DNA of 64,000 nucleotides, taken from positions 11,598 through 75,597 of the forward strand of contig CALEXY010000011.1 in assembly GCA_937924995.1 (NCBI GenBank), in the 5' to 3' direction. Below, one piece after another: positions 40,512 to 50,536 of this stretch. The notes beneath the pieces were generated by a model, which searched no databases, was not told where the DNA came from, and saw only the letters and a program-made list of their open reading frames with translations. Within the stretch, counting starts at the first letter, position 1. The number at the start of each line of letters is the position of its first letter. The stretch comes from an uncultured Candidatus Saccharibacteria bacterium (GTDB lineage: Bacteria; Patescibacteriota; Saccharimonadia; Saccharimonadales; Saccharimonadaceae). The translations under genes were made by a program, and so were the position numbers.

Positions 40512-40538
40512 TACTAGCCTCAATTAAATAAATATATT

Positions 40539-40567
40539 AAAAAAGAGGCCGCTCGGCCTCATTTTTT
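40539..40567. terminator. Bidirectional terminator between the CPBP gene and greA
   Basis: A run-gaggcc-gctc-ggcctc-T run. Confidence 0.8.
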
Positions 40568-40582
40568 AAAATAACCAAAAGT

Positions 40583-41029
40583 TTAAGCAACTTCAAGAAT
40601 TTCACCCTTGTTGCCATTTGGTAGGGTATATTCATCACCCTCTTTTTTACCAATCAGAGCTTTACCAATTGGTGAAATATCTGAGATACGACCATTTAAC
40701 GGGTCAGCTTCTACGGCGCCCACGATAGAATAGGTATGCTCTTTACCAAGCATCTTAATTTTCACTGTCGAACCTACGGCAATTTTGCCACCCTTAGCCG
40801 CCTTAATGATTTCCGCATTCTTCAAAATCTCTTGAATCTCCAAAATACGACCTTCCACTTGGCGTTGTTCCGCACGGGCATCAGAATATTCCTGATTTTC
40901 CTTCAAGTCACCAAAAGAACGGGCCGTCGCCAAACGATCAGCAATCGCTGGACGCATTTTAATCAAACTTTTCAACTCATTCTCAAGATTTTTCTTACCA
41001 TCTTGAGTTAAACTTACTGTTTTTTTCAT
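40583..41029 (-). CDS. greA: Transcription elongation factor GreA
   Basis: ARSFGDLKENQEY, ISDISPIGKAL. Confidence 0.96.
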   Translation of the reverse strand: MKKTVSLTQDGKKNLENELKSLIKMRPAIADRLATARSFGDLKENQEYSDARAEQRQVEGRILEIQEILKNAEIIKAAKGGKIAVGSTVKIKMLGKEHTYSIVGAVEADPLNGRISDISPIGKALIGKKEGDEYTLPNGNKGEILEVA

Positions 41030-41175
41030 AGGAATAAAAAATACAATCTTTCTTTTAATATAATTACCTCATTAAAAAATACACGAAGCCCCAAAAAATG
41101 TCAACTTATCTCTGTTATTTTCATTTTTCTGTGATACAATTAAAATATTATTATTTTAAACAGGAAAGGTAAAGG

Positions 41176-42405
41176 ATGAAGTTAAGTCAATCATTTATCA
41201 AGACCTTCCGTGAAGTAGGAAAAGAAGAAACCAGCCGTAACGCTGAACTTCTCATCCGCGCTGGCTACATTTACAAGGAAATGGCCGGTGTTTATGACTT
41301 CTTACCACTCGGATTGATCACATTAAACAAAATTCAAGACATCATCCGTGACGAACTCGATGCTATCGGTTGTCAGGAGATGCAAATGACTGCGCTTCAG
41401 AACCCCGAATCCTGGGTCAAAACTGATCGCTGGCGCGATGATGTAATCGATGTCTGGTTTAAAACTAAACTTAATGCCGGCGGTGAATTGGGTCTCGCTC
41501 CTACTCACGAAGAGCCACTCACCAATTTAATGACCAAATACATTTCTTCTTACAAGGACCTCCCAGTCTACGTCTACCAATTCCAAACCAAGTTCCGAAA
41601 CGAACTTCGCGCCAAATCTGGTATTCTCCGTACTCGCGAATTCCTCATGAAGGATCTCTATAGCTTCTCTACAGATAAAGAATCTCACGAGAAGTTCTAC
41701 CACGAAGTAGAAGAAGCCTACAAGCGCATCTATGTCCGTCTCGGTCTTGGTGATTGTACCTACGAAACTTACGCTTCTGGTGGTGCTTTCTCTAAGTATA
41801 GTCACGAATTCCAGACTATCACTCCAGTTGGTGAAGACGTTATTTATTTCAACGATGATAAGTCTATTGTCTTGAACGAAGAAGTCGTAATCGATGAAGT
41901 TCTAAATGACCTCGGCGTTAAAAAGGAAGACCTTCACTCTACCGCCGCTGCCGAAGTTGGTAATATCTTTACTCTCAGCTACAAATTCTCTGATCCAATC
42001 GGTCTTAAGTATGACGATAAGGATGGCGAAAAGAAAACCGTCTTCATGGGTAGCTATGGTATCGGTGTTTCCCGCGTTATGGGTGTAATTGCTGAAAAGT
42101 TTGCTGATGAAAAAGGTCTCGTTTGGCCAGAAAATATCGCACCTTTCAAGTATTACTTGATCGGTCTTGGCGATGAAGCCGCTAAGCTTACTAACGAGCT
42201 TCACGATGCTCACCGCAAAGAAATCTTGCTCGATGATCGCGATATGCGCATCGGTGAAAAGCTCACCGATTCAGAACTTCTTGGTATCCCTTACCGTGTA
42301 GTGATTTCGGAAAAAACCTTGGAGAATAACCAAGTCGAAATCACCGACCGTAAGACTGGCGAAACCAAGCTTATCGGCCTTGAAGAATTCAAGAATTCAC
42401 TCTAA
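41176..42405 (+). CDS. proS: Proline--tRNA ligase (no editing insertion)
   Basis: LLIRAGYI, LAPTHEE, KFRNELR, REFLMKDLYSF, MGSYGIGVSR; only 409 aa. Confidence 0.96.
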   Translation: MKLSQSFIKTFREVGKEETSRNAELLIRAGYIYKEMAGVYDFLPLGLITLNKIQDIIRDELDAIGCQEMQMTALQNPESWVKTDRWRDDVIDVWFKTKLNAGGELGLAPTHEEPLTNLMTKYISSYKDLPVYVYQFQTKFRNELRAKSGILRTREFLMKDLYSFSTDKESHEKFYHEVEEAYKRIYVRLGLGDCTYETYASGGAFSKYSHEFQTITPVGEDVIYFNDDKSIVLNEEVVIDEVLNDLGVKKEDLHSTAAAEVGNIFTLSYKFSDPIGLKYDDKDGEKKTVFMGSYGIGVSRVMGVIAEKFADEKGLVWPENIAPFKYYLIGLGDEAAKLTNELHDAHRKEILLDDRDMRIGEKLTDSELLGIPYRVVISEKTLENNQVEITDRKTGETKLIGLEEFKNSL

Positions 42406-42410
42406 AAGTT

Positions 42411-42436
42411 AAATACCCCGAATCAGGGGTATTTTT
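42411..42436 (+). terminator. Terminator after proS
   Basis: aaatacccc-gaatca-ggggtattttt. Confidence 0.8.
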
Positions 42437-42480
42437 CTCTCTGATGTGATAAAATATAGATAAGTATATAAGGAAAAATT

Positions 42481-43026
42481 ATGTTTGATAACACCGAATA
42501 TAAAATTGCATTTCAAGCCGTCATCGACCGCTTCCAGCAGGAGCTCAAAAAAGTTCGCACTGGTCGCGCCCATCCAGACATGCTCTCCAGCATTAAGGTC
42601 GAAGCTTATGGTCAATACATGCCACTTAATCAAGTAGCTAATGTCACCATCGCTGATGCTACTATGCTTTTAATCACCCCATTTGACCCATCCACCATTG
42701 CCGGTATATCTAATGCAATTCGCGCTGATCAAACTCTCAATCTTAACCCAGCTGACGACGGTCGCGTAATTCGTGTCCCAGTACCACCACTCACCGAGGA
42801 ACGTCGCAAGGAAATCGTCAAGACTACCTCTCAGAAGATTGAAGAAGCTAAGGTGGCTCTCCGTAAAATCCGTGACGACGCTAGAAAAGAACTCAAGTCT
42901 ATTGAAGATCTCTCCGAAGATATTAAGAAACGTAGCGAAAAAGAAATTGACGACCTCACCAAGGATTTCAGTGCTAAAATCGACGAACTCTTTAAGGCTA
43001 AAGAAGCCGAAATTATGAAAATCTAA
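42481..43026 (+). CDS. frr: Ribosome recycling factor
   Basis: RTGRAHP, PLNQVA, PPLTEERRK. Confidence 0.97.
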   Translation: MFDNTEYKIAFQAVIDRFQQELKKVRTGRAHPDMLSSIKVEAYGQYMPLNQVANVTIADATMLLITPFDPSTIAGISNAIRADQTLNLNPADDGRVIRVPVPPLTEERRKEIVKTTSQKIEEAKVALRKIRDDARKELKSIEDLSEDIKKRSEKEIDDLTKDFSAKIDELFKAKEAEIMKI

Positions 43027-43041
43027 TTAACAAGAAAAATT

Positions 43042-44565
43042 ATGGCTACATTAAACGACTACCGCAACGAACGACTTAAAAAACTCACTACCTTAAAGGA
43101 AATGGGGATTAATCCTTATCCATCTCACTCTGATCGCAACACCAAGATTTCTGAAATTTTGGATAATTTTGCTGAGCTTGATGGTAAAAAGGTGATTATT
43201 GCGGGTCGCATTGTTGCCATTCGTAGCTTTGGCAAGCTTGCTTTCGTTAAGATTCGTGATTATTTTGGCGAAATTCAACTTTTCATGAAGCAAGACGAAA
43301 CTCCAGAAGGTCTTATCGGCACCAAACAGCTCAAACTTCTCGATACCGGTGATTTTATTGAAGCCGAAGGTCTAGTCGGTAAGTCTCAAACCGGTGAAAT
43401 CTCACTCTTTACTAATTACGTCAAGCTTCTCACCAAAACTCTTCGCCCAATGCCAGGCCGTGATGGCTTTACCAATAAAGAAGAGCGTTATCGTCGTCGC
43501 TATGTCGACATGAATGTTAATCCCGAAGTTCGTGAACGCATGGTACGCCGCAGTAAATTCTGGCAAGCTACCCGTGATTTCATGAATATGCACGGCTTTA
43601 TCGAAGTCAATACTCCAGTCCTTGAACATACCACTGGTGGCGCCGATGCTACGCCTTTTGTCACCCATATGGATGCGCTCGGTGAAGATTTTTACCTTCG
43701 TATTTCCCAAGAATTACCCTTAAAACGTCTTCTTGGCGCTGGCTTTGAAAAAGTTTACGATATTGGACCTCGCTTCCGCAATGAAGGTGTCGATGACGAG
43801 CATCTACCAGAACATATTGCCTTTGAATCTTATGCAGCTTATGAAGATTATCAAGACGGCATGGATTTTTACGAAGAAATGATTAAATATGTTGCCATGA
43901 AAACTTGGGGCACCCTCAAGTTCTAGGTTAATGGTTTCGATATTGACCTCTCTAATAAGTGGCCACGCATCAAATATGCCGACCTGATTCGCGAAGAATT
44001 TGATGTCGACGTTTTCAATCCAGATCGCGCCAAAATCACTGCAATCCTCAAGTCTCACGGCGTCGAAGTCACCGCCGCACAGGCCGATTCACGTCTTATC
44101 GACAACCTTTGGAAGTTGATTCGCAAAAAATCTGGCGGACCATTCTGGTTAATTGAAGAGCCTCTTTCACTCTCCCCACTCGCCAAAATTTCCCCCGAAA
44201 ATCCTCTAGTCACCGAACGTTTTCACCCTATTATTGCTGGCACCGAAATGGGGAACGGTTATTCTGAGCTAAACGACCCACTCGATCAGCTCGCTCGCTT
44301 CGAAGAACAGCAAGCTATGCGTGATGGCGGCGACAGTGAAGCTCAAATGCTCGACCAAGATTTCGTCGAAATGCTCGAATACGGCATGCCACCAGCCTGT
44401 GGTTGGGGTAACTCCGAACGTAATTTCTGGCTACTTGAAGGCGTCTCCGGCCGCGAGGCCGTCCCATTCCCAATCATTAAGCGCCGCGCCAATTCTGAAA
44501 ATACTTCCGAATCTGAAGAATCAAAGACCTCCGAAGATTCCGCCGAATCTTCCACTCACGCATAA
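43042..44565 (+). CDS. lysS: Lysine--tRNA ligase (class II) interrupted by one in-frame TAG at 43924-43926 (readthrough, pseudogene or sequence error)
   Basis: RSFGKLAF, YRRRYVD, FRNEG before the stop; the same frame continues VNGFDIDL..SPLAK..GNGYSELNDP..LEYGMPP to TAA at 44565. Confidence 0.92.
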
Positions 44566-44614
44566 TTCAGAATTCAAAATCGTTAACTAAAATTATTAAA
44601 GAAAAGAGGTAAAA

Positions 44615-45859
44615 ATGTTGGACATTAATTTCATCCGCAACAACAAAGAGCTCGTCGAACATTCCATCAAAGAAAAAATGTACAAAAACGTCAATCTTGA
44701 TGAAATTCTCGCCTTGGATGACCAAAGAAAGACTCTCCTTCAACAAGTTGAAGCCTTGCGCAAAGAGCGCAATGATAATACCGCCAAAATGAAAAATGGC
44801 AAACCTAGCGACGAGCTAATCGCCAAAGGTAAGGAAATCAAAGAAAAACTTAGTACCCTGGAAGCCGATCTTTCTAATTTTGAAAAAGAATTAAATCTTA
44901 AACTCAAAACCGTCCCTAATGTGATTTTTGACGACGTGCCACTCGGTGACGAATCGGCCAGCGTAGAAGTCAAAAAATGGGGCGAATGCAAGACTACCGG
45001 CGTCGATCATCTCGATTACGCCGTCTCTCGTGATTGGGTAGATTTCGAACGTGGTGCCAAGGTTGCTGGTGCAAAATTCTACTATGTCAAAGGCGGCTTA
45101 GCCCTGCTCGAAAATGCCCTAATTCAATTCGGCATCAAAAAAATCGTCGAACATGGCTTCACTCTCATGGATGTGCCTGATTTAGTCAATTCTCGCGTGA
45201 TCGAAGGTACTGGCTTCGCTCCACGTAGCTCTGAACAAAGCGACGAATATTACATCGAAGGGGAAGACCTCGCCCTTATTGCCACCGCCGAAATGCCAAT
45301 CACCGGCTATCATATGGACGAAATTATCGACGAAGATAAACTCCCACTTTTCTATGCTGGTTTTTCCGCTTGTTTCCGCAAGGAAGCTGGTGCCTACGGC
45401 AAGCACACTCGTGGTCTCTTCCGCGTACATCAATTCAATAAACTTGAGATGTACTCCTTCTGTGCTCCTGAACAAAGTAAAGAAATTCATGAAAAACTTC
45501 GCGCCATCGAGGAAGAAATCTGGCAGGAAATTGGTATCCCATATCACGTTATTAATATCGCCGCCGGTGACCTTGGTGCGCCAGCTGCCAAAAAATACGA
45601 TATTGAATACTGGTCTCCAGTTGATCAAAAATACCGTGAAATCACCAGCTGCTCGAACTGCACCGACTTCCAAGCTCGCGGGCTTAATATTCGCGTCCGC
45701 CGTAAGGATGGCACCGTCGAAGTGCTTCATACCTTGAATGGCACCGCCATTTCTCTCGCCCGCACTATGGTAGCGGTTATCGAAAACTTCGCCGAAGAAG
45801 GTGGTAAGCTTCGCGTCCCAGCCGTCTTGCAGCCATACCTCGGTACAGACATGTTATAA
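44615..45859 (+). CDS. serS: Serine--tRNA ligase
   Basis: MLDINFIR, LIATAE, CFRKEAG, RVHQFNKLE, EITSCSNCTDFQAR, HTLNGT. Confidence 0.97.
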   Translation: MLDINFIRNNKELVEHSIKEKMYKNVNLDEILALDDQRKTLLQQVEALRKERNDNTAKMKNGKPSDELIAKGKEIKEKLSTLEADLSNFEKELNLKLKTVPNVIFDDVPLGDESASVEVKKWGECKTTGVDHLDYAVSRDWVDFERGAKVAGAKFYYVKGGLALLENALIQFGIKKIVEHGFTLMDVPDLVNSRVIEGTGFAPRSSEQSDEYYIEGEDLALIATAEMPITGYHMDEIIDEDKLPLFYAGFSACFRKEAGAYGKHTRGLFRVHQFNKLEMYSFCAPEQSKEIHEKLRAIEEEIWQEIGIPYHVINIAAGDLGAPAAKKYDIEYWSPVDQKYREITSCSNCTDFQARGLNIRVRRKDGTVEVLHTLNGTAISLARTMVAVIENFAEEGGKLRVPAVLQPYLGTDML

Positions 45860-45877
45860 TAGCCATAAGGAGAAATT

Positions 45878-46246
45878 ATGATCGAAAAAATTGAAATTAG
45901 TGGTAGCAATTACAAAATTGAAGATAGTTTTCATAAATATGCCGTCAAACGTATCGGCAAACTCGACAAATACTTGCCACACGGCAGCAAAAAAGATGTG
46001 GTTGCTAAAATCGTCGTCACCGAAGTCGGACGCACTCACGGTAATAAATATGAAATTTCCGCCGCCATGGAAATCCCAGGCGGTAAAGTCATCGCCGCTA
46101 AGGACGAGTGTTCCAATATTTTCGCCGGCATCGACATTATTGAGGCTAAGCTAATGGGTCAAATTCGTCGTTACAAAATCGAGAGCACTCCACATCTTCG
46201 TCGTGGGGTCTTCTCCCGCTTTTTTGGTAAAAAATCCAATTCTTAA
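45878..46246 (+). CDS. hpf: Ribosome hibernation factor HPF/RaiA (short form)
   Basis: IEISGSN, YAVKRIGKLDKY, IFAGIDIIEAKLMGQIRRYK; upstream of secA. Confidence 0.88.
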   Translation: MIEKIEISGSNYKIEDSFHKYAVKRIGKLDKYLPHGSKKDVVAKIVVTEVGRTHGNKYEISAAMEIPGGKVIAAKDECSNIFAGIDIIEAKLMGQIRRYKIESTPHLRRGVFSRFFGKKSNS

Positions 46247-46280
46247 TTTTACTCTGAAATTCAGAAACTAAAACTCAATT

Positions 46281-46315
46281 AAAAATACATGTTCTCTTAA
46301 AAACATGTATTTTTT
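46281..46315 (+). terminator. Terminator after hpf
   Basis: aaaaatacatgtt-ctcttaaa-aacatgtatttttt. Confidence 0.75.
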
Positions 46316-46366
46316 ATGATAAAATATCCCTATAATATTATTCCGATTTGGAGGTTTCGACTGTTT

Positions 46367-49225
46367 ATGTCTCAGAAAAAAATTGAAAAAATTCAGGAAG
46401 CTAAAATTAAGGCTCCAAAAGTTAAAAAAGAACGCAAGCCAACCGATAAATTAGCTGATAAAACCACCACTACCCGTATTTTGCAGGGTGTTTTTGGTGA
46501 CCCAGCCAAGCGAAATCTCACCCGCATGCGCAAAATCGTTAAAATCATCAATGGCCTCGAACCAAAATACGAAGCCATGTCTGATGACGAGCTCAAAGCT
46601 CAAACCAACGTCCTAAAAGAACGTCTTGACACTCTTAACAAGAAGGCCGAAGCCAATATCGCTCGCGCCAAATTAAAAGCTTCAGCCAAAAAATCTGAGA
46701 CAAAGGCTGAATCTGCTAGTGATAATAAAAAGCAGTCAACTTCTGTTAAATCAGAAAAACTTGAACGTAACGAAACCAAAATTTTAAGTGAAATTCTTCC
46801 AGACACCTTCGCTTTAGTTCGCGAAGCTACCAAGCGTGTTCTCGGTATGCGCCACTATGATGTCCAGATGATCGGTGGCATCGTCCTTCATGAAGGTAAT
46901 GTCGCTGAAATGAAAACTGGTGAAGGTAAAACTTTAGTCGCCCTTTTACCATCCTTCTTAAATGCCTTAACTGGTCGTGGTGTCCACGTTGTCACCGTGA
47001 ACGATTACCTCGCACAGCGTGATGCCGGTTGGAATGCTCCAGTTTACCACTTCCTTGGCATGAGTGTAGGTGTAATTATTGCTGATGCAAGCTTCCTTTA
47101 TGACCCAGAATATATCAACGAAGAGCACACCGATGAGCGTATGCAGCACTTGAAACCTTGCACTAGAAAACAAGCTTATCAAGCTGATGTGACTTACGGT
47201 ACGAATAATGAATTTGGTTTCGACTATCTCCGTGATAACATGGTCAACGAAGTCGATTTCCTCCGTCAACGCGAACTTAATTTTGCCATCGTCGATGAGG
47301 TTGACTCAATTCTTATTGATGAAGCCAGAACCCCATTAATCATTTCCGCTCCAGCTGGCGATAACCCAGACTCTTATTATCAATTTGCTAAAATCGCCTC
47401 CCACCTCGGCCCAGACGATTACGTACTCGACGAAAAGCATCGTTCCGTCTCACTGACTGACGATGGTATCGAAAAAATCCAACGCATGCTCGGCATCGAC
47501 AATCTATACTCTGCCGACAATACTCGCTTGGTCTATCATATGGATCAAGCCTTACGCGCTCAGGTAGTTTTCCAGCGTGACCGCGACTATGTCGTCACTA
47601 ACTCTGGTGAAGTGATTATTGTTGATGAAAACACTGGTCGCCTCATGCAAGGTCGTCGCTACAGTGAAGGCCTCCACCAAGCTATCGAAGCCAAAGAAAG
47701 TGTCGTGGTTAAAGAAGAATCTATGACTCTTGCGACCATTTCTTTCCAGAACTTCTTCCGTCTTTATAATAAGCTCTCTGGTATGACGGGTACTGCCTTT
47801 ACCGAAGCTGAAGAATTCCAGCAAATCTACGCGCTTGATGTTATTCAGATTCCACCTAACCGTCCAATTATTCGTATCGATAAGGATGATCTAATTTTCC
47901 GCACTGAAGCTGGCAAACTCCGCGCCATTGTCGAAGAAGTTAAGAAATTCCACGAAAAAGGCCAACCAGTCTTGATCGGTTCCGCCAGTATCGTGAAGAA
48001 TGAACTAATTGCTAAGTACCTCGATGAAGCTGGACTTTCCTACGAACTACTTAACGCTAAAAACAACGAGCGTGAAGCCGCCATCGTGGAAAAAGCTGGC
48101 CAAAAAGGCGCCATCACTCTTGCCACCAATATGGCTGGTCGTGGTACCGATATTAAGCTCACCGATGAAGTTAAGGAACTTGGTGGTCTCGTAGTGATCG
48201 GTTCCGAACGCCACGATAGCCGTCGTGTCGACAATCAGCTCCGTGGTCGTGGTGGTCGTCAAGGCGATCCAGGCATCACCCAATTCTTCGTTTCTTGTGA
48301 AGATGACCTTATGCGCATCTTCCAAGGCAACCAAATTGGCGCCATGCTCAACCGCATCGGTATCGATGAAGACACCCCGATCCAGAATCGTAGCGTTACT
48401 AAGATGCTCGAAGCCGCCCAGAAGCGTATCGAAGGTTTCAATTTCGATTCCCGTAAGAACGTGGTGCAGTATGACAACGTCATCAATCGCCACCGTCGTA
48501 TTGTTTATCTCATGCGTCGCAAGATTCTCGAAGGGGCAAATATCTCTGACGAAATTAATCGCCTCATCAAGGAAGCCGTCGCTGATTTAACCGCCGAAAG
48601 CATCCGCGTCAATCACAACTTCATTAAAGACTTCCAATCTGTTTTCGATCTTGATCGTGACCTAATTATTGAAATTGGCTTCAAACGTAAAGCGGAAGAG
48701 CGCGCCAAACTTGCCACTCTTGCCGTCAAAGAAGCTTACGCTACCAAAGAGCTCGAATTCGGCGCCGACGTTATGCGCAAAATTGAACGCGAAGTCTACC
48801 TCAAGGTCCTCGACGCTCTCTGGATGCAGCACCTCGAAAACATGCAGTACCTCCGTGAAGGTATCCACTGGCGCTCGATCGGTCAACGTGACCCACTAGT
48901 CGAATATCGCACCGAATCTCAAAAACTTTTCGAAGGTCTCCAAAAGAACCTCCGCGAAGAAGTCTTAAAGATTCTCCTTTCTATCACCCCACAAGAAGCG
49001 GTCGCCACCGACACGATTGACGGGGAAGAATACGACACTGAACTCACCAAGATGGCCGAATCCGCCACTAACCGTGGTGTGAATACTATCGAAGCTGGTG
49101 AAAAAAATCTCGATAGCGAATTTTCCCAAAAACCAACCAAATCCGCTAACCTCAGCGAAAAGCGCAATAAAGCCAAAAAACAGAAAAAAGCTAAACGTCA
49201 AAACAAAAAGCACGGCCGCCGTTAA
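46367..49225 (+). CDS. secA: Protein translocase subunit SecA
   Basis: EMKTGEGKT, VTVNDYLA, IVDEVD, ATNMAGRGTDI, QLRGRGGRQGDPG; basic tail with no zinc motif. Confidence 0.98.
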   Translation: MSQKKIEKIQEAKIKAPKVKKERKPTDKLADKTTTTRILQGVFGDPAKRNLTRMRKIVKIINGLEPKYEAMSDDELKAQTNVLKERLDTLNKKAEANIARAKLKASAKKSETKAESASDNKKQSTSVKSEKLERNETKILSEILPDTFALVREATKRVLGMRHYDVQMIGGIVLHEGNVAEMKTGEGKTLVALLPSFLNALTGRGVHVVTVNDYLAQRDAGWNAPVYHFLGMSVGVIIADASFLYDPEYINEEHTDERMQHLKPCTRKQAYQADVTYGTNNEFGFDYLRDNMVNEVDFLRQRELNFAIVDEVDSILIDEARTPLIISAPAGDNPDSYYQFAKIASHLGPDDYVLDEKHRSVSLTDDGIEKIQRMLGIDNLYSADNTRLVYHMDQALRAQVVFQRDRDYVVTNSGEVIIVDENTGRLMQGRRYSEGLHQAIEAKESVVVKEESMTLATISFQNFFRLYNKLSGMTGTAFTEAEEFQQIYALDVIQIPPNRPIIRIDKDDLIFRTEAGKLRAIVEEVKKFHEKGQPVLIGSASIVKNELIAKYLDEAGLSYELLNAKNNEREAAIVEKAGQKGAITLATNMAGRGTDIKLTDEVKELGGLVVIGSERHDSRRVDNQLRGRGGRQGDPGITQFFVSCEDDLMRIFQGNQIGAMLNRIGIDEDTPIQNRSVTKMLEAAQKRIEGFNFDSRKNVVQYDNVINRHRRIVYLMRRKILEGANISDEINRLIKEAVADLTAESIRVNHNFIKDFQSVFDLDRDLIIEIGFKRKAEERAKLATLAVKEAYATKELEFGADVMRKIEREVYLKVLDALWMQHLENMQYLREGIHWRSIGQRDPLVEYRTESQKLFEGLQKNLREEVLKILLSITPQEAVATDTIDGEEYDTELTKMAESATNRGVNTIEAGEKNLDSEFSQKPTKSANLSEKRNKAKKQKKAKRQNKKHGRR

Positions 49226-49227
49226 AC

Positions 49228-50499
49228 ATGAAACATTCCATTGAAGAAATCGAATTAAAAAACGGCGCCAAAGGTCTTTTAATTGACGTACCGGGGGCTT
49301 CCGTCATGAACATGAAAGTCCAATTTCGTGGCGGTATGCGCTTCGCCAAAAGTCCCGAACTTTACGAGATAGCTCACATTGTTGAGCATCTCAGCTTCGG
49401 CGCTAATGCTAAATACCCTGATGAATCTACCTACGAAGCAGAATTCACCAAGAACGGGGCCTACCATAACGCTTGGACTTCAGACTACTCTGTTTGTTAT
49501 GAAACCGAATGTGCGGATTTTGAATGGGACCGCATCTTAGACCTTAAGCGCATTGCTATCACTTCACCAAAATTTAATGAAGTAGAGTTAAAAAGTGAAA
49601 AAGGTAACGTCCGCGCTGAGCTCACTGGCTATATGAATGACTATGGCCGTCTACTCTGGCCGCGCCTCCAAAAAGCCATCGGTGAGAATGTCTTAAATCT
49701 TCGCGAACGTCTTTCCACTATCAATAACATCACACTCGATGACATTAATGAGCATTACCGCCGCACTCACACCGCGAACAATATGCGTTTTATTATTGCT
49801 GGCCAAACCAAGCATCGTAAAAAAGAAATTATTCGTAACCTCGAAAGCTGGGAATTAAGCCCCGGTGAACGTTTCGAAATTCCTGTCGACGAACTACATT
49901 CATCTAATGCCGTCCTGATTAAGCGAAAAGACGCCAGCAATATCACCTTTGGTTTTTCCATGATTACCCCGAGACGCCTCTCCACCGAAGAAACTCAGGC
50001 CATGGGCGCTCTTAATCACCTACTGAATGGCACTATGAGTAGTCGCATTTTTGGCCAAGCTCGTCGCCGTGGCCTAGTCTATGGTATGGGCAGTGGAATT
50101 AATAGCACTAATCATTATTCTTCCTGGGATTTTGACGGCGAAGTTAACCTCGAAACTTCCGAAGAACTCTTCACCTTAATTCAGCTCGAAATGATTAAGG
50201 CTCTCAATGGTGAGATTTCTGACACCGATATTGAAGCCGTAAAAACCTACGCTCTTGGTCGCTATCAAATGGGCGCCCAGACCGTCAGTCAAATTTCCGA
50301 CTACTATACCGATGATTATTTTATGACCGAAAAAGTCGAATTTTATGATAATTTTCCAAATATTATTAAACAAATCAGCAAACCTCTGATCGTCGAACTA
50401 GCCCGCGAATTTGCCGGCTCCGGTATTCATGCCATGGTCGCAGTTGGCTCCGTCGAAAAGCAAATCATCAATCAGTTAGCCAATTGTCTGGTTTTCTAG
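49228..50499 (+). CDS. M16 (insulinase-family) zinc peptidase
   Basis: Inverted HxxEH (HIVEH), NAWTS, SSRIF..RRRGLVY. Confidence 0.9.
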   Translation: MKHSIEEIELKNGAKGLLIDVPGASVMNMKVQFRGGMRFAKSPELYEIAHIVEHLSFGANAKYPDESTYEAEFTKNGAYHNAWTSDYSVCYETECADFEWDRILDLKRIAITSPKFNEVELKSEKGNVRAELTGYMNDYGRLLWPRLQKAIGENVLNLRERLSTINNITLDDINEHYRRTHTANNMRFIIAGQTKHRKKEIIRNLESWELSPGERFEIPVDELHSSNAVLIKRKDASNITFGFSMITPRRLSTEETQAMGALNHLLNGTMSSRIFGQARRRGLVYGMGSGINSTNHYSSWDFDGEVNLETSEELFTLIQLEMIKALNGEISDTDIEAVKTYALGRYQMGAQTVSQISDYYTDDYFMTEKVEFYDNFPNIIKQISKPLIVELAREFAGSGIHAMVAVGSVEKQIINQLANCLVF

Positions 50500-50536
50500 T
50501 TCAAGCTAAATTCTGCCAGAGTGCTATAATAGACTT

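Noticed and set aside
44116..44565. Independent 149-aa gene
   Set aside because: It is the in-frame C-terminal part of lysS; TTG start without a convincing RBS
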